Assembly (NCBI GenBank): GCA_030265395.1
Contig: JARFYF010000084.1
Location: 78,063,432-78,122,654, forward strand
Reading direction: 5' to 3'
From: Rhina ancylostomus
Lineage: Eukaryota
Length of the DNA: 59,223 bases
In this document: positions 25,830 to 38,174 of the stretch, one piece after another
How the letters are laid out: the number at the start of each line of letters is the position of its first letter
Numbering within the stretch: position 1 is the stretch's first letter
The notes under the pieces: generated by a model
The model's database searches: none
What the model was told of the DNA's origin: nothing
What the model saw: only the letters and a program-made list of their open reading frames with translations
Position numbers and translations under genes: made by a program

Positions 25830-27874
25830 GGCCCAGATTTTGGGGGATTACCACCATTTAGCTCTGATTAAAGGAAATGCCAGCATTTCTTAAAGGGGAG
25901 GTACTTTGAAGCTGCTACCGGTGGTGGAGTTCATCTGAGATACATTGGGCAATATAATTGCAGGAAACAGTCAAGGGTGGCCTTACTGATTTTCATATCT
26001 GACGGAGGCTTTGGCCAGCCAGCTGGGGGAATTTTGTCCCACGGTGTCCAGGCAGTTGTGAAAAGATTCCAAAGTGAAAGCCCCAAGAATATAATAACCT
26101 CATGCATAGACAAGATCTTCGAAGACATTGTAAAATCTCATTATTCTACAACTGCATCACTAATTTCACACTTGCCCTAAGCTACTGACAAACTGTCTCA
26201 AGAACATCTACCTTGGTTTCATGTACCCCATCCTTACATACTTAGCATTACTCCATATCTCACAGCTTTCACGCATTACCAGCTATTCAACAATACAGAT
26301 GCCACTTACACCCATTGCAACCACTCATTCCCTATTTCTTGTATGAGACAATGATGCATAACTCACATCAGCAACTGTAGAGGAATTAAACTTGGATCAC
26401 ACCCTTGAGGACAAAGTGATGATCATTNNNNNNNNNNCACAGAGTGTCTGTCCAGTACTAGTATAGATGCCATTTAAGGTGATGGTACACTCAGTCCTAA
26501 TCCTCCTCCTCTTGTACCACTTGCCATCTTTCCATTTCTTCAGATTTACTCAATGTAAGTAGTGTAAGCATGCACCTCTAACTTGCCATGTCTCCTTATT
26601 ATAAACCTTTCCTCATGCTGTTTTTCTTTCAGACACCCAAGATCTCTCACCTGGCCTGAATAAGAAGCCAACAATGAGAAAATAACTCCATCATTCAATT
26701 TATCACTTGTGATCAGCAGCTCAGCTACAGTCTGTTTGCTTTGTGTAGAATTAGCTTAGAGGCTGAATCTGCACATGGTGAGTCACCAGGCACAAATAAA
26801 ATGCAGATAGGGTAGGGGGGAAATGATAACCCATGTGTTTGCTTCCAGAGACTAAATGAAATATACTATGGGAAAGGTTGATGAATTTGCACAATTAATT
26901 GCTTGGTGCATTGGCAGTGGTTACCTGAGTGGTTCTACAAAATGTCCAAAAGCATAATAAGACAGTTCCAACCTTCTATATGAGTATGCATTCAGCCTAG
27001 ATACTGCCTCTTTCATTGTGGAAGCTGTAGTTAGTTCTAAGCCATTGTTGCAGACCCAGCCTTGATTAGACAAGCAGAAACCACCCAATGTCAGAGTGTT
27101 GCAGTGGAAACTTTGGGCATCTGTGATGTAAGCTCTGATTGCATTTCGTGCCAGTGTAAAAAGGAGCTTCAAATTACGCCACTCCTGCAAATGATGTCCT
27201 GCAAATGACCAGAATTGCTGAGCTGTTCATTCAATTCCCCTTGTGTGCTTTTGACACATGACATTAACTGGATCATCATGGTTCAGTGTGATAGATCATC
27301 ATTGTCCACTCTACATTGTTCCAGCGTATGCAAACCAAACACATGCTACTGCTCATTCCAATTTGCTGATGGCCTGTATAAGTAAGTAAGTAAGAATACA
27401 CACGTGGTATGCAGAGGTATCACTGGTATGCATACTCTCAAGCCAGTTGGAACACATAATACAGCTTTCTGTCACTGTTATACAAGTGTCTATTAACATC
27501 ATGTGGACAAATAAAACTGGTTTTATCTATACTGGCATAATGTTTAGCTTTTGACCCTGAAATAAGATCAAATCTTACAGTGCTGGAACCGGTTTCAACC
27601 TTTCTGTTCAGACCCGCTTTAGTGCTTGAACCCCCACTCCATTTGTGAATGCAGTGGAATCTTGGCATCAGCTGAGCCTGTATCCTGCATTGATGTCACT
27701 GTAAAACCACCAGCCTCCATGCTGATAAATGCTAAATGTTCAGAGGACAGGGAATGAATATTTGGAACCCTGCTGCGTGCACATAATGTCCCCATCCTAT
27801 ATTATCTTAAGCTCCTGAAAAAATACACTCTCATAATGCAGGGGCTGTGCAGAACATAAGAGAATGACTGGGCC
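25830..27874. mobile_element. Decayed PIF/Harbinger-like DNA transposon
   Basis: Terminal inverted heptamer ggcccag (25830) / ctgggcc (27868-27874). Minus remnant GGFCLSNQGW..EAVSRLNAYS..R.ELS..AFGHF resembles HARBI1-type GWLLGD.GY..AE.RYN.AH..TR..IE..FG.LK. Possible Myb/SANT remnant on plus at ~25980-26130. Confidence 0.55.
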
Positions 27875-28149
27875 AATATCTTAATAAAACATATCTATAT
27901 ATAACTTTTAACATGAGATCAGAAGTATGAGCAGAAGTGGGCCTATATTTTCATTATTTCTGTTTTGCTACAGTGTAATTAAAGTGAAACTGAACAATCA
28001 GTTAATTTATTTCAGTGGTAGTTTTCTCGTCTCCATGTCAGAAAGTTCTAGTTCCATTCCCTGATTGGAATACATTATCTAAGCAAGTTTTTTATCGTTG
28101 TAACGCGGGACTGCAGAACAACAAGTTCTCCCAGTTTCCTGGCCAACAT

Positions 28150-28960
28150 TTATTTTCTGGACAATAGATTCGTTGGGCATTTAAAATAACCCTTTGGCTG
28201 CAACGTATTTTTTTGCATCCTGTTAAGGATGCTAAATCTTGTTCTTGTTCATTGAGGAGAGCGCTACAGTAATAGCACAGAAACTCTAATTATTCATTAT
28301 AACACAAAATGAAACTAAATAACACCTGTACTTGATAAACTAACAAGGTAGCCTCCAAAACCCTGCAGGCAGAGGGAACAGGACGGGCTAATTTTGGAAC
28401 ATTGGCAAAAATGTTTGGATCTTTTAAGCTTGGACTGTCATTGAATGTTAGATTGCAGGCAGCTTTGCTGGAGACAACAAGAATCCTCCTTGTTCTATGA
28501 TCCCCATGTAAGTTGCCATAAAATGGTCTGGTGCGTTATTTTTAATGTATTCAACAAATGCATTCTTCCATCATTAATGTTGTGGTTGGGCCTGGGAAAC
28601 TTTGTCATATGACAAAGAAAAAGTTGATCATTTTCCAGAATGAACTGTCTTATGCCAAAAGATACAATGATGATCCGGGCAGTTGTAGGTATTCTAATTG
28701 CAAAAATGGCATGTACAAGCCCCAGGAGCAAAGTATTGATTGTCTTGCAGCAATTTATACTTTCTTTCATGCTGAGGTACACCTTCAAGTAATTTCTCTT
28801 GAAGGTCATGTCTACCATTCAATGGCACAAGTGTGCAACATAGTACAATTATTCTATCACTTCCCTCTCTGAACCATTGTGTGAAGCAGGACTGTGCAAA
28901 TATTGCAAATGTTTTAAAGCCGAAGTCAAGCCTGTTTGCTGTTGCCGTTATAGAGGAAAA
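28150..28960 (+). mobile_element. Fossil Ginger/KRBA2/SCAND3-like integrase
   Basis: Ordered remnants across frames: QAEGTGRAN..LAKM, KWSGALFLMYSTNAFFHH, RYNDDP..VVGIL..NGMYK, CKYCKCFKAEVK. Confidence 0.55.
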
Positions 28961-30728
28961 AAATTGGCAGAGAAAAAACAAATTTCTAATGTCCAGCCTT
29001 TAACCTCCTATATTTTCACATGGGCTAATTGGCAACTGAAAGTCCCACGGAAGACAATGCTGTGTCAAGTGCTTTGGGATAGATATGAACACCACATTGC
29101 AATTTCATTCCTTTTATCCTCAGTCCCCTTCTGCCCAGTAACTGGCAATGGAACAGGCAGTAACCAGAGTGTCATGGGCAGTCGACTCAACTTTCCATAC
29201 CTGACTCACTTCGCTGAGCCCAGCTTGCAAAGGATTTTCTTGTACGGATTTGTAGTTGAGCAATGCCTTCACTGCCAAGTTTGAAAGCAACAGATTGGAA
29301 ATTGGAAAACTCAGACTGCAGCCTCTGTTCATTCCCAGCTCCTGAATCACAGCCAGGAGAGCCAGTGATAGTGTAGAGGTAGCTTTGGAGTTTTAGTTAT
29401 TAGGATCTGGAATTTATGGCTGGGAATGAGGCGTAGGCAGTGGAGCTGGAGGCGGGGAGGTGTGGGCAATGTTGATAGAGCGTATTAGTCCAGTCAGATT
29501 AAATCAAGACATTCAAAAATTAACTGTATAAGTATACTAAACAAAAACAGTGCTTTGTGGTGAGGGCAGGGCTATCTGGATGACTTCCTTCCATGCTGTA
29601 ACATTCTGTGATTCTGTGAAATAAAGAGGATAATCAAACAAGAATTATCTGAAGTATGAATTAATACTTCCACCTTCATAGAGCAATGGAGATTGTATAT
29701 CTATAATAAAAGTACATACATTTTAAACCTTTATCATGGTCTTTATTTTCTTACAAACACAGATGATATAGGGTAGGTCTCAGCTACAATGTATATTCTA
29801 TATTCAGAATAAGAAATGTTAATTGAAATAGCATCTATTGTTTTTGTGAAAGTCTCACACTTGTACCACTTTTCTAGCATTTCCTAACAACTCTTCAATT
29901 TCTCAGCTTTGATTACAATGTCCTTTTTCCTAACCCCATATACACGATCAATTTCTTTAAGAATCCACTTAATTAAGTCTATATTCCNNNNNAGATGGCA
30001 ACCTTTTATAATCTCTCCTTTTAATATAATTATTTGAGCTTGATAGCATTCTCATAACTCTTCATTGCCACTCCTCCTTTTAAAAGTCTGCTCCCTGGAA
30101 CTATACACAGCACTTCAATGTGATTTGACCCATTTTGTAGATTTTGCAAATTTCAATCAAAAGCAACAAACCACTGCAGATTTCCAATGGACAGGTTTGC
30201 CCACAACATCAGGAATTTGGAAGATTTTATGGGGGGATCTGGTTTCTCACATAGGATTGTCACTATATAATTTATGTTGTGTTAAAATTAACATCTTTTC
30301 TCACTTTCAGCTCTGCTAATCGCAGTTTTTATGGAGACAGACTTTTGAAGGGAAAGTAGGTTATAAAGTTAGCCAAATATTTCAGTGCGTTTTTATTCTC
30401 CTAAAATAACATTGAGAAAAAATGTATTTGGTCGTTAAAAATCATATGACAAATAGAAATTATTAAATTTGATTGATAAAAATGTGTAAATTATATATCT
30501 GTTCCATCAATATTACAAAAATATACTATAGTTGGAAATGATTACAAAGAGAAGTGCACTTTCTATAAATTATTTAACATGTAAATTATAAATATGAAGG
30601 ATTATATATTGCTTCTATTTCAGTTATTAAATTATGTTTCTTTTAAATCATGAATTTTAGGCCGAAATTGTTTCATTAAAAAAGTTATATTTGGAAACTA
30701 TTAAGTTATTTATTCCTGTAATATACTT

Positions 30729-30743
30729 CGCCATCTAGTGGCA
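30729..30743 (-). promoter_or_regulatory. CTCF-binding motif
   Basis: Minus strand reads TGCCACTAGATGGCG, a close match to the CTCF core CCACNAGRKGGCR, isolated in very AT-rich sequence. Confidence 0.7.
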
Positions 30744-30764
30744 GGTACAGTAGTATCATTTAAG

Positions 30765-30875
30765 AAGCACTCGGAAAGGTACATGGAGGGGCGGGGCTTA
30801 GAGGGAAATGGATCAAACGCAGGAATTTGGGACTAGCTGGAAAGCACCGTTGGGTCGAAGGGCTTGTATCCTTAC
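30765..30875 (+). mobile_element. Short CR1 3'-end fragment
   Basis: tttaagaagcactcgga..gggcttagagggaaatgg..gggtcgaagggcttgtatc. Confidence 0.65.
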
Positions 30876-30999
30876 ATAAACAATTGATGTTAACAAATAA
30901 AACATACAGACGGAAAAGGATTTTACTTAACCGTTTTATTTATGCAGTTAGAGTAATAATGAATTAAAATGCACTAACAGGAGGAGGAGGTAAGGTGAC

Positions 31000-31209
31000 T
31001 GTCATTCCTGTGCTCGCAACAGCGAGTGCAGACAGGCAACTGCAGGTAAGGAGGTCAGGGGAATCTCCTGAAACGTCAAAGCGTTACGTGGCGCCATAGC
31101 AACTGGGAACTCCGCAACCAACGGGATTCCCCGCTCGTACAGCCCTCGAGCGCCGCGTTCCCACGGACCAATGGGAAGCGGCTGAGTGGAGACGAAGGCG
31201 AAGGCAGTC
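31000..31209 (+). promoter_or_regulatory. 5' edge of the E2F3 CpG-island promoter
   Basis: CpG-dense sequence running into the gap. CCAAT at 31168-31172; RFX-like GGCGCCATAGCAAC at 31090-31103; kB-consensus decamers at 31059-31068 and 31123-31132. Confidence 0.75.
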
Positions 31210-32001
31210 NNNNNNNNNNNNNNNNNNNNNNNNNNNNNNNNNNNNNNNNNNNNNNNNNNNNNNNNNNNNNNNNNNNNNNNNNNNNNNNNNNNNNNNNNNN
31301 NNNNNNNNNNNNNNNNNNNNNNNNNNNNNNNNNNNNNNNNNNNNNNNNNNNNNNNNNNNNNNNNNNNNNNNNNNNNNNNNNNNNNNNNNNNNNNNNNNNN
31401 NNNNNNNNNNNNNNNNNNNNNNNNNNNNNNNNNNNNNNNNNNNNNNNNNNNNNNNNNNNNNNNNNNNNNNNNNNNNNNNNNNNNNNNNNNNNNNNNNNNN
31501 NNNNNNNNNNNNNNNNNNNNNNNNNNNNNNNNNNNNNNNNNNNNNNNNNNNNNNNNNNNNNNNNNNNNNNNNNNNNNNNNNNNNNNNNNNNNNNNNNNNN
31601 NNNNNNNNNNNNNNNNNNNNNNNNNNNNNNNNNNNNNNNNNNNNNNNNNNNNNNNNNNNNNNNNNNNNNNNNNNNNNNNNNNNNNNNNNNNNNNNNNNNN
31701 NNNNNNNNNNNNNNNNNNNNNNNNNNNNNNNNNNNNNNNNNNNNNNNNNNNNNNNNNNNNNNNNNNNNNNNNNNNNNNNNNNNNNNNNNNNNNNNNNNNN
31801 NNNNNNNNNNNNNNNNNNNNNNNNNNNNNNNNNNNNNNNNNNNNNNNNNNNNNNNNNNNNNNNNNNNNNNNNNNNNNNNNNNNNNNNNNNNNNNNNNNNN
31901 NNNNNNNNNNNNNNNNNNNNNNNNNNNNNNNNNNNNNNNNNNNNNNNNNNNNNNNNNNNNNNNNNNNNNNNNNNNNNNNNNNNNNNNNNNNNNNNNNNNN
32001 N

Positions 32002-32093
32002 TCACTCACCCAACAGGCCCATCTGTGAATATCGGTGCCCTTCTGCTCCCGTCCCCCACGGCGCCGGGGTTGCAGGCGCCGGCAGGCCGGCGG
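32002..32093 (+). CDS. E2F3: Probable 3' end of E2F3 (E2F3a-type) exon 1; start hidden in the N gap 31210-32001
   Basis: GC/CpG-rich sequence after the gap ending at a GTGAG donor (32094). One frame reads ..PVPHGAGVAGAGRPA, resembling the TPHG...GRPP that precedes AKRRL in E2F3. Frame is ambiguous by 1 nt (see findings). Confidence 0.55.
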
Positions 32094-33029
32094 GTGAGAG
32101 ATCAGCAGCAGCCCTATCGGCGGGCCGGGCGGCTCGGTGCCGCGTGTCTTCGAGGGGCCTAGTGTCTGGAACCGCTGCCAGTACAGGCCCCGACTCTATT
32201 TCCTTCGCTGCCTTCCCCTGTTGTCAGGTTTGCACGGGCTTGGCTTTGCCATTTGAGCTCTCCAGAATCGTTCTGACGATTTATCCGAAGGATTTATTTC
32301 CTCCAGGTTGCGCCCTGGCACCGACCTGTTTTTTAAAAAAAATATTTGCTGCCTTCAAAAGTTTACAGAGCAGGCAAAACGTGGGTGGAGAGGCACAGAA
32401 ATAATGGACAAAAATAATCGGGACACCTTTCCCCCAAACTTCTAGTAATACCTTATTTTTAAAGGCTTTGTACCTTCATTTTGCTTTGTCCTCCATCACC
32501 CCCACCTCACTTTCCACGAAAGCTCTATTTCAAAGAAATTCCAAAGAAATCATTTAGTACAAGATGTGTTTGCTGATACATAAATGCTATTTGAATTGAT
32601 GAAGCGGACTGGTGTAGGTTCACCTGATTCAAACTTCCCCTAAAACTTAACGTATTGGGGTGGAATGGAGTGAATGATTTTCTTTACAAACTGCCATTAG
32701 TTGGCTCTATATTAAGCGCAAACCTTCAAGCAATGGAGTTGAGGTTGAAAGGCCAAAACGTTTTGGGTGGTTGTTTTGGAGTTTCAATTTGAAATGTTAA
32801 CAGTTTTGCTCACTTAAAGTAACTTTAAATTATGTATGGCATTTTAGCTAACTGTAGCAACATTATATTTCGATATGTCCTCTGTCTATTCTGGTTTCAA
32901 ATTTTTAATATTTATTTTGCTAACCTAATCACAAGTGATATATTTTGCACTTCTGAGACAACCCCTGAAGTACTGAGTATGGTTTTTCTCCCCCTTTCCT
33001 AAATAAAAGATGTGATTGCCAGGGAGGGA

Positions 33030-33500
33030 GAACAGTGAAGGTTTACTAGACTGGTCCCAGGGATTGGGGGGGGTGGGGGGGCTTGTTTTGAGAGATCAAG
33101 TTGATTTGGATTGTCTCCTGCAGAATTTAGAGGAATGATAAGTGATGTCATTGAAATGTTAAATTTGTTGAAGGGCATTGCATACTAAGATGTGGAGAGG
33201 ATGGTTTTCCTTGGCTGAGAGTCCAGGACCAGAAGGAATCTTCTCAATATGAGGGGTGGACCATTTAGAACTGAGAAAAGGAAAAAAATTCTTTACGTGG
33301 AGAATGCTGAACCTTTGGAAATATCTAGCCTGGAGGTCTGTGGAGGTTCACATTGTGTTTATTCAAAACACATATCAATAGATTTCTGGACCAAGGGAAT
33401 CCGGTATATGGGGATGGTGCTGGGACTTTGTGCTGAGGTGAGTGATCAGCCATGGTCTTGATAAATGGTGGAAAGGCCAGATCTATTGTGTTGTAATATT
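33030..33500 (+). mobile_element. Decayed CR1 3' end
   Basis: RGGPFRTEKRK..F and a CR1-type 3' UTR (gatcagccatggtcttgataaatggtgga). Confidence 0.8.
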
Positions 33501-34169
33501 CCATAAGGTTTGGGGTTGCTTCTGTACTAATCACTAGACTTAGCAAATTGTTCATTCTATGCAAGTTAAATTTGTATATTGTATNNNNNNNNNNATCATG
33601 CAATCACTCACTCTAGACAGTGTTCTTAATTACAACCTTTAAAGAGTAGTATTTTGATTAAGTAGTGCAGACTGTCATGTTCTTCTGGGTTGAGTGCATT
33701 CTGAAACAGCACATGGGTTTTTTCAGAAGAAAAATGTAGTTGTTTACTTATCTGTGCTGTCATACAGCATTCCGATACATATATACTATGGAGAACTGTG
33801 TGTGGCTGGTAGCACTACACACCAATTTGGTATTAAGATGTGGGAATTGGATAATTCTTTGAGTTCCCCTTTTGTAAGTTGCTTGCACCCTGATTAGGGT
33901 AATGTTATGTGGGGATAGTAGTTGCATTTACTATGTAGTTATCAACTTCCTGCAGTCAGAAATGCACATGCTGATATCATTTGGCCTACTGTGGTTGTGC
34001 TTCTGGTAGCCCAACTGGAGCTGCCTAGCCCTGCAATTTTTTTGTATGCTTGTAAAAGACGGGGTTGTTCATTGTATCTTAACTCTAAAGTGGCAAGATA
34101 TTAATTGATAGCTTGATGACATTTGGTTGTCACTTTATCTGTTAAACCTCAGGAACAATTTGAAATTTG

Positions 34170-34390
34170 CTGAACCCAAAAGCAAAATAGTGCAATTGCT
34201 GAGAATTTGAAGTGAACAGACAGAAATGCTGCAAAATTTGAGTGCTGAGCTGGAGTGGAAAACAGTGATCATTCTGTGTTAGAAATTTAACTTGTTTTAA
34301 GCAAATACAGTGCCAAGACAGGGAAAAGGAAAGAAAATCAAATGGACCATCTGAGTGGAAGGTACAGTAGTTAAAATGACAGAAAAGATC
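34170..34390 (-). mobile_element. Penelope-like tail, decayed
   Basis: Reverse complement of the shared tail (gcaaaatagtgcaattgctgagaatttgaagtg..agaaatgctg). Confidence 0.5.
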
Positions 34391-34399
34391 TGAGCTTTT

Positions 34400-34810
34400 C
34401 TCCTTATTGTACCCTTATTTCCACTTTAGGAAGTCCAAAGCACTTCATAGCCAATGAGGTAGTTCAGAAGTAGAATCACTGTGGTAGTGTATCATCCAGT
34501 GTTAACTATGAGGGTACATAGCATCGGTGTGATGATGGCAATTTGATTTGTTTTTGAACTGGGGAGGCAAATTTTGCCCATGGTTTTGGAGAGAGCTCCT
34601 GTGTCTTTTTTAAAGTACATTCTGTTCACCAAAGAGCAGATAGGACTGTAGTTAATGCCTCATTTGAACCCTGTTGACTTTGAGAGCAGTGCCTACCCTC
34701 ATTATGGCATCAGAGTGTCCTTTGAGATTCGTAGTACTTGAGTCTTTGGAGTGAACCCATCTGATCTTGAATCCACAGCTTTCTGACTTCGGCATGCATG
34801 CCGCAGCTGT
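34400..34810 (-). mobile_element. Ancient Deu-type SINE
   Basis: caaagcacttcatagccaatgaggta..gaagtagaatcactgt..cttgaatccacagctttctgact. Confidence 0.55.
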
Positions 34811-35039
34811 CAAGAAGGGGTGATTCTGTGAATAAAAGGAAGTGGTAATTGGAAAAGTAACGAAACCAGACTTGTTCTAGAATTTAAATGGCTGTTGTAA
34901 AATAATTGCTTCATGGGTAAAAGAAAAGATTGTTGGTTTTGATCAGTATTTGTTGAACTCATTGTCCAAAAGATTGTAGTTGAATTTGTTGAGTTTAATG
35001 TTAGCAGCATTGAAGGCTCTGCACAGTGAGACTAAAAAC

Positions 35040-35400
35040 TAAGTTAGAAAATGACCAGCAGTTGAATTGCACTTGATGTCCAAAAGGAAGGTTCCTGTAA
35101 TTTAACTGGGTACTGAGTCTGGAACAGGATGTACAATGAATAGTAAATAAATGAAAATTCAGGTCAATTGCTGTTTTATCTGGATGGAATGCTTGGAGCC
35201 TTGGATGCTGAGAAGCAAGGAGGTGAAAGACTTGGTTTTGTTTTTCCTGTGTTTATGTGAGAAAGTATTAAGGGAAGGGATAGTGTGTTTGGATTGTGTG
35301 AAAAGTGGGTCAGGGTTTTGGTGTTATGTAAATGTGAAAGGGGTGGTTTTAAGATGGTGTCAATGTGGTGGAGCATAATCTTGTGAATGAGACAAATGGA
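35040..35400 (-). mobile_element. Penelope-like fragment
   Basis: tggatggaatgcttggagccttggatg..gaggtgaaag resembles the antisense PLE tract seen at other copies. Confidence 0.45.
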
Positions 35401-37589
35401 ATAGAATGTAATTTAAAAGGACAACTCTGGTTCTAGAGAGGAGAATAGATGAGGAAAGACTAATCTCTGCTGTTTTCTTTCCTGTAGGCCACCTCTCTTC
35501 CTTGTGTTAAGTATCCATTCTTTTTCCTTAAAAGCTGCTGTAGCTTTTATATCAACTGCTATCAGTGTCTAAAGATTAAATTTTAATCATTATAAGAAAT
35601 ATTTCCTAATATTCTTGCTGGTCTTTTTGGCATTTTTCCATTGCCCATCACTCAAGCAGAGGAAATGGTCAAAGACAGGAATAGATCGTTTAATTTCCTT
35701 GAGCTGTTCTGCTATTTGATGTTGTGGGTCATCTTTGACCCCTGTGATCTCTTGATGTACTCTTGGACCCTTGATTGCAGTGCCAATTGCATAAAAGATT
35801 AACTTCTCTAGTGTGTTCCAGAACTTGAGGGAATTGAGGGAGGCAAAAGTTGCAGGATCATAAGGAAAGAACTGAGGCATGTGACTGATTGGATCACTTG
35901 TGCAGAGTACCTATAGAACATAGAACAGTGGTCTTTGACCCACAATGTTATGCTGACATAGCTAAACCTTCCTACCTATGGAATGCCTATATGACTTGGT
36001 GGACCAAGAAACTGCCTTCCCTATTGTTTTGGCTTTAATACTATGGACCTCTATTTCTGTGATTTCTCCATTTGAGGGTACTCTGCTCTGTCTTCAGGAT
36101 CTAAAGTGGAACTGATACTTGGTTCATCAATGTCTCTTTATAATTACTGTTGTTTCCTCTGCAGCCTATCTTGTATCATTGGCAAAGTTGTTTGCAAGTT
36201 CTTTGTAAACATGAATAGTTGTGGCCTATGGATGGATCCTTGTGGGGCACCTCTGATTACATCTTGCCAATTTAAGTCTGTCATTTCTCCTCCTTCTGAT
36301 TTCTTAATCAGGTGAATAATTTACCTTCAATTTCTTGATGTTTAACCTTGGCTTTTGAGGGACCATCAAATGTCCGCTGGGCCACATCAATAATTATTCT
36401 TTTGGATTCCTTATTTCATGCACTTTAAAATATCTGCTTCGAAACGTTCAATGAGGTATTATCAACTTCTTACAAAGTCATGACCAGTTGAAAATTGTCA
36501 AGCTGTTTAAGATGTTCAGCACAGAATCTGGCTATTCAGCCCAAACAGTTAATATCAGTGGTTATGCTCCACTCAAGTCCCCTCTGATTTTTTTTCCTCA
36601 TCTACATCTATTGGTGTAACCCTCTTCTGTTATGGATTTGTTTAGTACAAATTCCTTTCCTTAAGTACTGTACATCTTTACCGTTGGTTTAAACTGTTCC
36701 CCAAGTCCTACATTCTTGGCATTCATGGGAATTTGTTGGTGACTGTCTCATTGATTGGTCCCTGGTTTGATTTTTCCTACAATTTTTTAAAACTTTCTTT
36801 TAGCATCCACTTTATCAAAACCTTCATAATTTTTATGTCTTCTGTTAGGTTACCCTCCGCCTTCTGAAGTGAAGAAAGAACCAGTCTTTTTAGTCACTTT
36901 ATCCTTCGCTTTTCCCAATTTTTGCTTCTACTGTCAATTATCAAAGCTGCAGCAACACATTGAATGTTTTATTTGCCTTGGCATACTCTTCCATGTCTAG
37001 ATGCCCATTTCTGGAGAGTTCTACTCTAATTGCTCTATTGCTTTCTTTATACTTATTAAAAACCTTGAATAAATTCTTCAATGTTTACTTTGCTGACTTC
37101 AACATTTGCTGCAGAGTAGAATGATTTAAAATAAGATTGTAGATTTGTTGTACTTTGTTTTAAAATGGGGAAGCCTTTGTTTTTCTTGTGCTAAAATTCC
37201 ACAGAGCTCTTGAGCAGGGTTTTCAAGGAAGGATATTGACTTGCTCATCTTTGAATAGTGCAGTTGAACATTTAAATCCATCTGAAATGCTGGGCAAACT
37301 AATCATTCCCGACAGTGAAAGGGGCCATCGGTATGACTGGCATTGTCAAGCCTCTGCTTCCCAGAAGACAGATGGAGGCATGAGTGTTTGATGTTAGTGA
37401 ATTTGGCTTGTTCCATGTTACACTGTCCTTCAGTGTCTATTAGGTGTCAGGCAGCCACACATTGCTGGAAGGCCATTTCATTGCAGCACATCTTATGTAC
37501 CCTTTTGGGGGGGGGGGGGGGCGGGGGGAAACATGGGGATGGAACTGATGAGAATGTTTCATTGGGACCAGCATGGCTTAATGGGAAAA

Positions 37590-37810
37590 TGGCCTGTTCA
37601 TCATCATTCAGCATGGAAACAGGCCCTTCGGCCCAACTTGTCCATGCAGACCAAGATGCCTTTCTGAGCTAGTACCATTTTGGCCCACATCCTTCTAAAC
37701 CTGTCCGAATGTCTTTTAAACATTTTAATTGTGCCCATGTCAACCACTTCCTCTGATAGCTCATTCCATATACCCACCAACCTCTTTATGGGAAAAGATT
37801 TCCCTCAGGT
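37590..37810 (-). mobile_element. CR1 3' end
   Basis: cagcatggaaacaggcccttcggccc..ccacttcctctgatagctcattccata. Confidence 0.8.
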
Positions 37811-38174
37811 AACTTCTGCTTTGCCGTAACAATTCTGATTCTTTTGCTAGTTAGTATTTAGCAGTAAAGTGAGGAGCCCAGAAATAGCCTGTGTTGTATG
37901 GCTGAACTTCTGTGCTTTTCTGCCCTGCATACTATTTCAGCTTTTCCTTGGGGGCATTCATCTGATGTTGTAAGCATTGTGAAACATCCTGTTTCACAAT
38001 GTGTGATTTTTGAGCACAGCTGAGACAGTACCTTGTCCAACATTATCTGTGACAAGCTGTTGGATTTCTGACAAAGATGTTTGTAGTGACCATGTAAGTA
38101 TGTAATCATACAGTGAGATCTTCCACATTTCCACAGCAAAGAAAGGCTTCTGAAGTTCTTGCAATTGCAAGAAG

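Noticed and set aside
31002-32028. Long ORFs of 280-335 aa (also 51622-52303)
   Set aside because: Almost entirely N gap translated as X.
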